A program made the translations under genes and the position numbers. A stretch of DNA of 64,000 nucleotides from positions 5,652 to 69,651 of the IMG/VR virus record IMGVR_UViG_3300022602_000078. One strand, 5' to 3'. Of this stretch, positions 1 through 11,200 are shown one piece after another. The notes beneath the pieces were generated by a model. The model was not told where the DNA came from, made no database searches, and saw only the letters and a program-made list of their open reading frames with translations. Positions within the stretch are counted from its first letter, which is position 1, and every line of letters begins with the position of its first letter. This DNA is from a virus.

Positions 1-1225
1 TATTTGATCCTGCTACCGACTGCCAAGTTGCCGTATTATTAATGGAGTCCCAAGTTAATACATATCCATTGCTACCTGTACTAATAAATGTAGTTGACCC
101 TTGGGAATTTTGTATTGGAATTTGTCCGGGTGCCCCACCATTTATATTATTTGCTCGAGTAACAACACCGTAAATAGTACCCGCCACAACAACATCATCG
201 GCAAAATAACTGGGTCCATCGACTCCAATACCGCCTGACGTAATTTGTATGGTGTTACCTGCTACTGTTGTTGTATTAGAGCTTGTATTTTCCGCAATTA
301 ATGATCCTAATTGCATTGTAGCAAATATACCATTATTAATATAATAATTATTCGGTATATTAATCAAAGGCGATCCGATGTTAGTGCGTACTATTAGGTA
401 TCCATTAGTATTATTTCTTCCCAAAAACATTTGATTATTTTGAGTATCATAATAATGAATCACCAATCCTTTATTATATCCATCATTTCCGTGTAGTATA
501 GTATCATTAATTCCAACGCCTAAATCAATAACAGGATCTGTAATTGCGGTACTAGTAGAATTAACAATAGTTTGTGTGCCTAAAACAGTTAATGTGCCGC
601 CAATTACCGTATTATTTCCTACAAATAGATCTTGAGCAATGCCAACTCCACCTTGAGTAATAATACTATTACCCGATGTTGCTGTACTATCTGAATCATT
701 ATTTGCAATATATAAATTATTTCCTAAATACGCGCCGCCCGCAACAACCAGTGCTCCTATACTATTAGAAGAAGCCGATATTAAACTATCAATTTGAACA
801 GATTGATTAACATATAATCCGCCTGCTTGAATAGACACTGCTGCTGTACTAGTATTTCCTGGAACATCAGTTGATCCTAAAACGTATAAATTAGATGTGG
901 CGGTAATTACCTGACTATTAATATTAGTTGCATTTAATTGCGCACCAGTTAGACTATATGAAAGTCCACTATCTTGAATTAATTGACTAGTATTATCTGT
1001 GAATATTATTCCGCCTTGTTGAATTAAATTATTATCATAGATTCCATTGGCGATTAACGGTCCAAAGATTGAGGCAGTAGATCCTACTATTAAGTTTAAT
1101 GCAACTGATGCGCCACCATATGTTTGTAGACTTCCTGGTGGATTATTGGTGGAACTTGTAACATAAGATGCGTTAGCGGCTCCTACTATAAGACCATTGT
1201 TAACAATAAAATCTTGCAGTGCCAT
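1..1225 (-). CDS. Tail fibre / virion structural protein (partial, runs off window start)
   Basis: Not in the ORF track. ATG at 1225 reads MALQDFIVNNGLIVGAANASYVTSS...; Thr/Gly/Asn-rich with 'GALVVAGGAYLG' and 'SIITQGGVGIAQDLFVG' fibre-type repeats like the neighbouring genes. Confidence 0.75.
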   Translation of the reverse strand, partial: MALQDFIVNNGLIVGAANASYVTSSTNNPPGSLQTYGGASVALNLIVGSTASIFGPLIANGIYDNNLIQQGGIIFTDNTSQLIQDSGLSYSLTGAQLNATNINSQVITATSNLYVLGSTDVPGNTSTAAVSIQAGGLYVNQSVQIDSLISASSNSIGALVVAGGAYLGNNLYIANNDSDSTATSGNSIITQGGVGIAQDLFVGNNTVIGGTLTVLGTQTIVNSTSTAITDPVIDLGVGINDTILHGNDGYNKGLVIHYYDTQNNQMFLGRNNTNGYLIVRTNIGSPLINIPNNYYINNGIFATMQLGSLIAENTSSNTTTVAGNTIQITSGGIGVDGPSYFADDVVVAGTIYGVVTRANNINGGAPGQIPIQNSQGSTTFISTGSNGYVLTWDSINNTATWQSVAGSN

Positions 1226-1240
1226 TTAATGCTGCTCCAC

Positions 1241-1984
1241 TTATGCAGTCAACGCGGTTCTAAGGAAGGTAATTGTTTTGTTAGTAGCTGTGGTAGCTGC
1301 AAAATATAATGTTAAGTTTGATGATATTATCTGAACAGTCCAGACACCTAAATCATAGTTATTCCAAATTTTACCATACTCTGTTGCAACTGCAACACTT
1401 GATCCGTTGTGTAATGTTAATATTTCTAATGCTTCGTAATTAGGATTGTCATCTATTTGTACAATATATTTTGCACATCTATAATGAGAAATTGGATAGG
1501 AATCAATGGCAACTAACGAAGTAACACTAGTCGAAGTTATATTCGAAATAAAATCAGCGTAGGGCACTTGTAAAGAACTGGCATATATATTACCACCGAC
1601 ACCCAGTCCACCTTCGATAGTAACTGCACCAGTAATTGTGCTAATACTATCTGAAGTATTTAAAAACGAAACTCGATATGTAGTTGAATTTCCAAAACTA
1701 GTTACTTGTTGTAAAGATATAGTTGCGGTAGTTAATATAGCCGAACCATTAATTGTAGCGGTGCCGCTAATATTAACACCTCCGCTTATTCCTACTCCGC
1801 CGGTTATGACTAAAGATCCGGTAACCGGACTATTACTACTAGTAGCGGTTGTTACTTGTACCGGGGTGAATGAACTACTGGTATAACTAATCCATGCACT
1901 TCCAGTCCATATCCAAGTATTTGTTCCTACGGTATATGTTTCGTTTATTGTGGGGTTTGTTGGGAAACCTAATTGACCTGCCAT
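1241..1984 (-). CDS. Tail fibre-associated virion protein
   Basis: N-terminal 'FPTNPTINETYTVGTNTWIWTGSAW' module and 'GSLVITGGVGISG'/'GAVTIEGGLGVGG' repeats typical of myophage fibres. Confidence 0.65.
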   Translation of the reverse strand: MAGQLGFPTNPTINETYTVGTNTWIWTGSAWISYTSSSFTPVQVTTATSSNSPVTGSLVITGGVGISGGVNISGTATINGSAILTTATISLQQVTSFGNSTTYRVSFLNTSDSISTITGAVTIEGGLGVGGNIYASSLQVPYADFISNITSTSVTSLVAIDSYPISHYRCAKYIVQIDDNPNYEALEILTLHNGSSVAVATEYGKIWNNYDLGVWTVQIISSNLTLYFAATTATNKTITFLRTALTA

Positions 1985-1987
1985 ATC

Positions 1988-4804
1988 TTATAATCCTGTT
2001 GTGAATTGTATCCAGAAAGTATTTCCACCATCGTCGACATACTGTAGTTCTACGCCATAAGTAGTATTAATCCAGAAATCACCGACGTTGGGGTTATCTG
2101 GGGCATTGGTTGAAATTGTTATTTTGGGAGTATATAACAAATAATTTTGTTGAGGATTACCGTCTGAACTATATATACTTCCAGGAACATTTAATATATT
2201 AGTTCCAGTGGTAAAGTAACTACTTGTATTAGTAGAGGTAACCACATATGATAGTGATGAATCTGCCGATAATTCAGTCCAAGTATTAGTTGTTATCGAT
2301 AACGTCGGATAATAGATGTGATTAAATACTGTATTAATTAATACAGATGTCGAACTATTTGCTGAAAAACTAGGAATAACCCAAGTTGCTGTAGAACCAT
2401 TACTTTGTAATACAGTGCCATTTGCACCAATACCAATAAAACTAGTAGTTCCAGTAGATGATTGATAAGGAATACTTCCAGTAATTCCATTTGCTAAATT
2501 AGTAGCTGTCGAAATAGTACCAATAATTTCATTAACAACCTTTATACCTCTATAGAATGTTGCCTCACTAGTAACTATTAAATTACCTGCGATTCCTACC
2601 CCACCCAATATCGATAATGCTCCTGTGGGTTCTAATGCATTAATTGCTCCGCCGCCAGCAAGAGCTCCATAAGTTAATCCTGGTCCACTACTACTATATG
2701 TAGTGCCATTATTAGTTAATGTAAATCTATAAGTAGAATTATCTGTAAAAGCAGTGCCACTAGTTTCAACATTCAATAATAATGATGTTTCAATACCTGT
2801 GATAGCAGAAATATTAGTGCTAGCGGATTGTGTTGCTGCCAATTCCACTGTCGGAGTAGTAAATGCTCCTGTATAAACAGCGACTCCTTTAGTGATACGT
2901 ATATTACTTAAGTTGCCCGCAAAATATTGACTAAAATGTGTAGGACCGCGTGTTCCAATATCTAATAAACTGCTATCAGTTAAATTAACACCAGTTGCTA
3001 TTTGGCCTTGATAAGTTCCATTATAATAAACAGTTACCGTTCCGACATTGGCGACTATTGCAACATGAGTCCATTGATTAGGATTAGGTTCAGAAATACT
3101 AGTTGTAGTATCCCCGTATAATAAAAATCCATTTATAAATCCTACATCGATGGAAGTAGTTAAAGGTTGCTGACATAGTATAGGATAAACCGTTCCGATA
3201 GAATTACTAGTAGCATTACTCCAAAATTCTATAGTCCATGTGCTACCTAAAGCAAACGCACTGTTAGACGGAGCATATATCCATGAAGTAGTTCCATCAA
3301 ATACTAAACTACCCACTACAGGATAACTAGCCGGAATATATGTCCCATACCCCGTACCATCGACTGGTTGTGAAATTTTCCAATCGTAGTATAATCCAAA
3401 TGTTGTAGAATCAATGTGGCTGGCAAAATAAATTTGATCATTTATTTGTGTCATTCCCTGCACACCAGTAATTATAATTTCTGTGCCTGTACTAATACCG
3501 TTGGGCAAAGTATGTTGTATAATAACTGGATTTGAATTCGATGCTGCAGTAATCGTTGATATAAAAGTAGTAGCAGTAGCCCAAGTTCCAAGTCCTGCTC
3601 CTAAATTACTTTGAATTTGTGTGTATCCGAGACCATCATAATATAATAATGCTCCGATGTTGATTTGGTTATCAACCCCATCAACTAAATTATCGCCAGC
3701 AATACTAATATTTCCACTACCTTTAGTCATATTATTAGCAGTCTCATGACCAATAAACAAATTATAAGATCCGGTAGTTAAATTAGTAGCCAGTCTATCT
3801 CCTAAAAAGAAATTCATTTGGCCATTAATTAAATTGATAGCAGCATCTGTTCCGATAGCAATATTATCATTATATGAAGTTTCTAATGCTATCTGCCCTG
3901 AATTTGTTTGATATGCAGATGCATCGATATTAGCACCACTAGACGGATAAGTTACGTTTACATCTCGAAATAATTGAATATGAGTATTATCAATTGGTTG
4001 GGCATAAAATCCTGCACCGTTTAGTGTAGCAATAGATGTATCGTTCATAACAGTTGACGTGGCGCCAACAATAGTTACATATGTACCGGTGATTAATATA
4101 TCAGAATTATAAGAACTAAATTCTAAGTATAAATTAGAACCAGAAGTACTAATGCTTTGTATAAAATTTACAGGTATTGCATGTACTGTGCCGATATTTT
4201 TAAGAGCACTATCACCGATAGCAATAGTATTCGATAAATCAGTACCAGTAGATGCTGCATTATTTCCGACTGCTATTGTTTTTAATGCTGTACTAAGTCC
4301 ATTCAAAGTATTATAACCAATAACAATACTATTTTCACCGTCGGTAGTATTGTTAGTGGCTGTATTAAGTATACCTGTTATTGCAATATTATTATTTTGA
4401 AGATTATGATAAGAGCTTTGCCAGCCTTGACCAATAGTCAGACCATTAACATGTATATCCTCGCCGGTATATAATGTTCCCCATGCTGCTATATCACCTT
4501 GAACAATCAATGCTCCAGTATTAGTATTTGTAGCAGTTGTTCCGCCTTGTACTAAAACAGAAGTAGTTCCTGTTCCAATTAATGTTAAAGTTTGATTAAG
4601 TACGTTACTATATAAAGTGCCAGAACTAAACTGTATATTGCCCAGAGATGACGTGTAAGTAACAATAGATGCACTATTAGTAATCAGTGTATATCCTGTG
4701 CTTGTTGTGGGTGTAGGGCCTAATTGGTACTGTGTCTGTCCTAATGTAATATATCCACTAGGTGAACTGGTATCTAACGCTGCCCCACTTATTAAACTTG
4801 GCAT
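1988..4804 (-). CDS. Tail fibre protein with LamG/concanavalin-A-like lectin domain
   Basis: 'WTIEFW...NQWTHVAIV...VTVYYNG...YFAGNLSNIRITKGVAVYT' LamG-like motif; 'NTIAIGDSAL'/'NIAIGTDA' adhesin-like repeats. Confidence 0.7.
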   Translation of the reverse strand: MPSLISGAALDTSSPSGYITLGQTQYQLGPTPTTSTGYTLITNSASIVTYTSSLGNIQFSSGTLYSNVLNQTLTLIGTGTTSVLVQGGTTATNTNTGALIVQGDIAAWGTLYTGEDIHVNGLTIGQGWQSSYHNLQNNNIAITGILNTATNNTTDGENSIVIGYNTLNGLSTALKTIAVGNNAASTGTDLSNTIAIGDSALKNIGTVHAIPVNFIQSISTSGSNLYLEFSSYNSDILITGTYVTIVGATSTVMNDTSIATLNGAGFYAQPIDNTHIQLFRDVNVTYPSSGANIDASAYQTNSGQIALETSYNDNIAIGTDAAINLINGQMNFFLGDRLATNLTTGSYNLFIGHETANNMTKGSGNISIAGDNLVDGVDNQINIGALLYYDGLGYTQIQSNLGAGLGTWATATTFISTITAASNSNPVIIQHTLPNGISTGTEIIITGVQGMTQINDQIYFASHIDSTTFGLYYDWKISQPVDGTGYGTYIPASYPVVGSLVFDGTTSWIYAPSNSAFALGSTWTIEFWSNATSNSIGTVYPILCQQPLTTSIDVGFINGFLLYGDTTTSISEPNPNQWTHVAIVANVGTVTVYYNGTYQGQIATGVNLTDSSLLDIGTRGPTHFSQYFAGNLSNIRITKGVAVYTGAFTTPTVELAATQSASTNISAITGIETSLLLNVETSGTAFTDNSTYRFTLTNNGTTYSSSGPGLTYGALAGGGAINALEPTGALSILGGVGIAGNLIVTSEATFYRGIKVVNEIIGTISTATNLANGITGSIPYQSSTGTTSFIGIGANGTVLQSNGSTATWVIPSFSANSSTSVLINTVFNHIYYPTLSITTNTWTELSADSSLSYVVTSTNTSSYFTTGTNILNVPGSIYSSDGNPQQNYLLYTPKITISTNAPDNPNVGDFWINTTYGVELQYVDDGGNTFWIQFTTGL

Positions 4805-4816
4805 TACAATATCCTA

Positions 4817-5203
4817 TTATGAATTTGCTGTTTGCAGTATACTTAATACTAACTGCAATGTTCCTGCAGAGTCGGCATATGCTTGAATTTGATCTAATTC
4901 TTCAACAATCAGTTTGCCGCCCAATGGTATACCTGCATCATTAGGAGGTATTCCATAATTTAAAATTAATGTGCTAGTAGTTTGTCCAGCCTGTCCTCCA
5001 TTACCCTGAGCATCTGCTAAAATTGGTTTATTTCTATAGTGAGAAAATGTCAAATAATGCGTTTGGTTGGATACATTTGCTATCTGTGCCATCAAAATAA
5101 TTGATGTAACTCCGATAGGTGACGTGTACACAGATGTTGACGTATTATTTGTATTCAACAATGCTGTTTTGGTTAAAAATGTGTTTAACGGTAACTGTGC
5201 CAT
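4817..5203 (-). CDS. Small virion structural protein
   Basis: 128-aa beta-rich ORF ('VYTSPIGVTSIILMAQIANV...GKLIVEELDQIQA') tightly packed in the fibre operon. Confidence 0.55.
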   Translation of the reverse strand: MAQLPLNTFLTKTALLNTNNTSTSVYTSPIGVTSIILMAQIANVSNQTHYLTFSHYRNKPILADAQGNGGQAGQTTSTLILNYGIPPNDAGIPLGGKLIVEELDQIQAYADSAGTLQLVLSILQTANS

Positions 5204-5218
5204 ATAAAAAAATTCCTA

Positions 5219-8200
5219 TTATGTTATTGCTAATATGAATGGTGTCGTATAAGCATATAAGCTCTGTACAAAGGTTCTACCACTTAATACGCCAGTTGCC
5301 TGACTAATTACTAATCCTGTACCAATACGGAAATCACCGTTTTGATCAGTTGAAGTAAAGAATACCTTACCACTATTTAACTGAATTGTTTCCTGAGACT
5401 GTACAGGATCGGCAACTCCTCGTTGTGGTAATGCTCCATAGTTCGCTCCAGCACCTACATATTCAAATAAGTACCCAGACGCACTCAAATAACTACGTTG
5501 ATAAAAGTTAACAATGCACCCGTCTGGGAATAATAATGGATTTCTTATTCCTTCGGTTATTGATACAATATGATAGGTGCCTGGTCTCGACCAATAACTT
5601 AACCCAGCGTATACGCTATTATAATTGCCACCTGTTTCTAAATCATATATTATTTGTTGTAGTATTAATGAGACATCTCTTACGCATTTAGTAGCTTGCC
5701 CATCACTCATGGTGTATCCATCGTATACTGATGAATAATACTGCTGTACAAATGCTACAGTTTCTGCCGTTAAGAAATCAAGATTGTCTTGAATTAACGA
5801 TACTGCCGCACCCGATCCTGCAGGTATTGTTCCAGAAGTCTTAATTGATCTTGGGGGAACTACAGATTCCGCTTCAGCAAGACTACCGGCATTAACAATA
5901 TTAATTATATCTTCAAATCTTAAATCAATAAATGATTGTGATTCTATACCCCCAACAATAAGTTGATTAAACACTTGGGTAGCAGTATTACCAGTAGTAA
6001 CACTAACAGGTATATTAGAAATAATGTTATTTGTAACCAGTGATAAATGTTGAATTGATGCGATATGTGCAGCAATTTGACTAGTAGTTGGTCCTTGATA
6101 ACTGCTAGTAGTAGCTGCTGATAAAATATTTGTGCCTGGTGCATATGGTTGCTGAATCGATGGTGAACTAGTATCTACAGTATAATATGCATTACCACAG
6201 AAATATAATGTAAAATAATTAGGATTATCTACAAATCCACCGCCATTGGTTAATGCTTGGTTTAGTGTAATACTATTAAAGTTTACATCAGTTACTACCG
6301 TTCCTGTAGCAGCATACCATTTTCCATAATTAGGATTAGGTACTCCATGAATTTCTACATACGAAAGACTTTGATCAGGTAATGCATTTCCATTGACATC
6401 CACATACTGTCCAAATTCATTATACAAATATTGATAAGCATCATATTGATGACCGAATCGATCTTCGATATATACTGTATTACCGATATATACATCTGTA
6501 GTATCGATATTAGTAAGATTAATTGTTCCCGATATTAATGTACTAGTACTGGGTTGAGCATTTAGAAATCCCGGAAATCCTTGATTATTTAAATATGGGG
6601 TATAAATTAATGAACTAGAGGACTTACTAGCAAACGATGGAATCGATACCGGAGGAATAACCTCCATAACTAATCCAATGTGAGGTCTATTTCCTAAGTC
6701 TGGAACAAATATTTCAACTTGTCCTTGATTATTCGGCCAGTATCCTTGAGGATAATATTGATCTAATCCGGTAGGCCCTGGACTAAATGGGTAGGAACGA
6801 TTAATAGGATTATAGACGGTTCCGCTAAATTGTCTTTTTCCATAACCTTTAGCAATTAATGCGTAATTACCAAAGTTACAGTTAGAGTTGGTGATCGATC
6901 CAATTCCGCCATTATCGGCCAATACTGCAATATTATTAAAAATAGTAAACACCGATACTAACTGTGCATAACCATCATTAGTAATGTGAACGCCGATTCC
7001 GCCTTGTGTTAATTGCGTATATGCATCATAAACAAATGATTGAATCGGGCTAGTATCACTAATAACACTGCCGTCAACTAAACTACCTCCCATACCGCCA
7101 ATTTGATCAATAAGTCTATCATCCCAGGTACTAGCACTACCAGTATATTGTAATGAATATGTTTCTACTTGCGAATCTTGTAATGGAAAAATCTCTGTAT
7201 TACCGAAATACAATGTAGCATTAATTCCAAATCCTATAGTGGATGTACTTAATCCTATCAAATAAGTACCGGTCGATAGTTTTACTAATTCGGTAATGGT
7301 AGGAGCAATATTTACATCTGATCCATTGAGACCAGTTAATGCAAATAATGCGCTACCGGCATATATTGGAGGTGCAACGCTTGGACCATTGGCAATAATA
7401 CTGCTAATAATATTAAAATTTCTAGCCACTGCTTGTTGTGGCATATAATTATTACCATATGCAAAAAATGTATTAATAACCTGTGTCGATATTGTGCCAG
7501 TAACTATTGCAACTGGTTCATTGGCAATAATTTGTGCTGCTATACTAGCAACATAATTAATTGCTGCAGTTGTGGTTGATATTTGATTAGCAACATAGTT
7601 ATATGCTTGATTCCAATAACTTAATCCTGCTTGGATACTATTGCTATTTCCACCTAATAATATATCTTGGCTTACAGCGTCAACAATTAGTCCGGTATCT
7701 CGATAGCATAATGCCTGATCGTAATTGAAAGAATTTGCATTATATGTATTATTAATCCAAGCAACAATTTCTGCTTGTATGAATGATTTATTTGTTGTAA
7801 TAATATTATATGTAGCTAATGCGCTAGGGCTACTTAATTCTATTAAACTTACTGGACGTAATGGAGACGCCGCACTAGGTCCATTACTAATAATATTTGT
7901 AATAGTATTAATTGCTGTTACTAAGGTTGTTGCATCACCTGAAGAACCTGGTTGCATTCCTAATACTGGTGGTATTATTGTTTGATTCAATGTATATGTA
8001 GCAGTAAATGCCGAAAGAGTTTGATTTAATACTAATGCAGATGTTAACGTCTTTAAGAAATTAAATGCTGCTGCAGTAGGAGCAACTTCTTGTGGTATGA
8101 TAGGATCTGTGCTATTGCTGGCATAATAACTTAATCCCGCCTGAATACTTTGACGATTACCACCATATAATAAATCAAATACAACACTATTAATAATAAA

Positions 8201-11200
8201 TCCAACATCTCTAAAGCAGGTACTAGTATTATATGTAAAATCTGGATAATTGGCGGATACATATCCTAGTACTTCTCCGGCCAAATAATTAGTATTTTTT
8301 AATAATAATTGAGCAGTAATTTGAGTACTAGCCAATGTACTAGAAGTTATACCATTAGCTACAATTTGATCTGTCCAACCAGTAGTATTGCCGTTTAATA
8401 TGGTTAATATGGTTCCAAATTCTTGTTCGAGTTTTGCAATTTCAACACCAGTGGCTCCACCGGTACTGGTAGTAATCTGGGTACCAGTTGTATACCTATA
8501 AACACCTACTAATGCATCTGTGGCAGTGGTAATATTTTGTACAACCTTAATACTTAAACCTTGTAAGTAAGTAAATGCATCAATGGTAGGATCAATCTCT
8601 TCTGGGATATTTCCAAGATAACCATTTTGTGCATAATATTGTAAACCAGCAAAGTTTGATTGACTATATGTCGGTGTTGGGAACATCAGATCGATAACAA
8701 TACTATCAACAATAACACCTACGTCTCTAGCACATTTAATTTGATTGTATGGCAACGCCTTAGCTGGGTGACATAGGTTCCAATTAATATAATTAATAGT
8801 TTGTTCTTGAATGAATGTTCTATTAGCTTGTAGTAATATTTCTGCACTGACATAAGCAGCATCTGGTCCAGTGCTAGTATAACTTTCTGGAGCAGACCCA
8901 GGACCTTTTTCAATAATATCAATGGTAATATTGAATAAATTCTGTATTGAAAGTTGAGCAACTTCACCACCAATTAGATTAGAATTTATAATCTGTGTAC
9001 CTAATGGAATATTATCGGATGTTGCCAATGGTAATACCGTGCAGGTATTATTAACAACTATTTTTTGACATAAATCATTTAGATAATAGATTGAAGAAAC
9101 ACATTGTGAAGTTAATCCAGGTATAACACTAGTTACGCCATTAAAATAAGCTAGACCACTTTCAACGGATTTTTGGTTTCCGCCAAAGGCCATGTCGTAA
9201 GACATATTCTCTATTAATATTCCAGCATCTCTATAGCATAACTGTCTATTAAATGTTGCTGTAGTAGTTGCCAGTGTTTGCGAATATGCTGCTGCTTCTG
9301 CGGCTAAGAAGTTAATATTTTCAGTTAATAGATTATAAGAATCAATTACATATGTTGCTGTATTTTCTATTAATGATTGAGGAGTCTTTGGTCCGGCAAC
9401 ATCTGGCCCTTCATTAATGATTGATAAAATATAATCTATGCTATTTTGAACTGCTGCTACCTGATATGAAGATCCGAAGGCAACTGTAGAAGTAGTTTGT
9501 TTAACTGCCGTTTGATAAACACTTGGCACTGGTTGGCCAGAAATAATATAAGGCAAGTATCCATTAACAACATTTATAATTGCAGTACATTGAGGAATCT
9601 GATTTCCTAGAACAGTCGATGTGGTCAATGTTGTGTCTGTTACACTATATCCATAGTAATAGGTTCCGCTCTTGATACTTTGAATATTACCGCCATGTAA
9701 TAAATCAAAAGCCACACTTTCAATAATATATCCTGTATCTCTTAAACAAGTGGCCGTACTATACGCTGTAAAATGTAATGTATTAGTGATATAAGTTTGT
9801 ACTTCGCCAGCTAATGTTGGGATAGCTGTTATTAATGCCTTATAATCTGCTATAGTTGTAGCATTAGTAGATGGTAATCCACCGTATATTATAGTATCTG
9901 TTACTCCAACTGTTCCGTGTTGAATTAAATTAGTAACTGTGGTAAACAATTTAGAAACAGTAGTCTGATTCCCACCACTTACTAGCGGTACTGCTAATGA
10001 TTTTAGATAATTTATAGCACTTATTGTAGCATTTGTTTCAGCTGTCTGTTGTACAGATCCAACATCTTGTTTCCAATATTGTAAACCGACGAATGTACTA
10101 TCACTTTGACTAAAATATAATAAGTCATTAGCCACAGCATTAACAATTAAACCTATGTCTCTTTGAGTTTTTGATGAATCGGCATAATATGATGAGCTAT
10201 TAAATGCAGCATCCAAATATGCTACCGTTTGTGATTGTAAAAATGGTTTATTGGCTAACAATAATGTACGAGCATTAAAGAATCCTTGATTTTGTTGGCC
10301 GGCATTAATCGATTGTCCTATTTCAAGGCCAGGAGCATCTGTATAAACCCAAAGATCTCCGGTATCTAGTGTTGTAATAGCATCACCTAATATAGGCGAA
10401 CTATCTACTACAGATAACCAGTCTGTGGAAGTTATTGAACCTTTAAGTGTCAGCGTTGAATATAAAGTATTAGTATAGTCTGTCGAGCTTGATGCAACAG
10501 TACCTACATTAATCCATCCATTGACAGGAAGATTGTTAAATTTTACAATAATGCTACTTGTATTATATGCCCATGTTCCAGTACCTATTACCGATGGAAC
10601 TTGAATAGTTTGATCAGGTACAAACATCGTACCATCTTTCAACCATGGACCATTTTGATTAGTACAGTTTTGAATGTATGGCGAATGGAATAAATTAATA
10701 GTTGATCCGTTTACACTCGGCGGAAATGCAGTAGCATATGCGCCACGGTTATATCCTATTGCATATTGCCCGGGTAATAATCCACTTCGACCATTTAAGA
10801 AATTCATGTAATTGAGATAACATCCACTTTGTACATGGAACAAATCTTGTGTTTTATTAATTGGTTCGATAAATGTGGTACGAAGATCAGATCCTTTAAC
10901 ACTGGTATATGGTTTTAATAGAATAGGATTATTTTCATAATAGTGTCCAGGGGCTACAACAATTTGTGTACCTGATTGATAATATGGGCTATTGATAGCA
11001 CCACTAATAGTACGACAAGCACGGCTAGCATCCATCGCGCGACCATCATTGGTATCATCACCGTCCATAGTTACATATAATATGTTAGTAACTACTGGTG
11101 CAGTACCTAATGGTTCTTTACCTCGAACTCTTATTTCTCCGAATAAATCTACCATTCCGGCACCAACAGGGATAGTTGTTTCGGTGGCAGACAATCCTAA

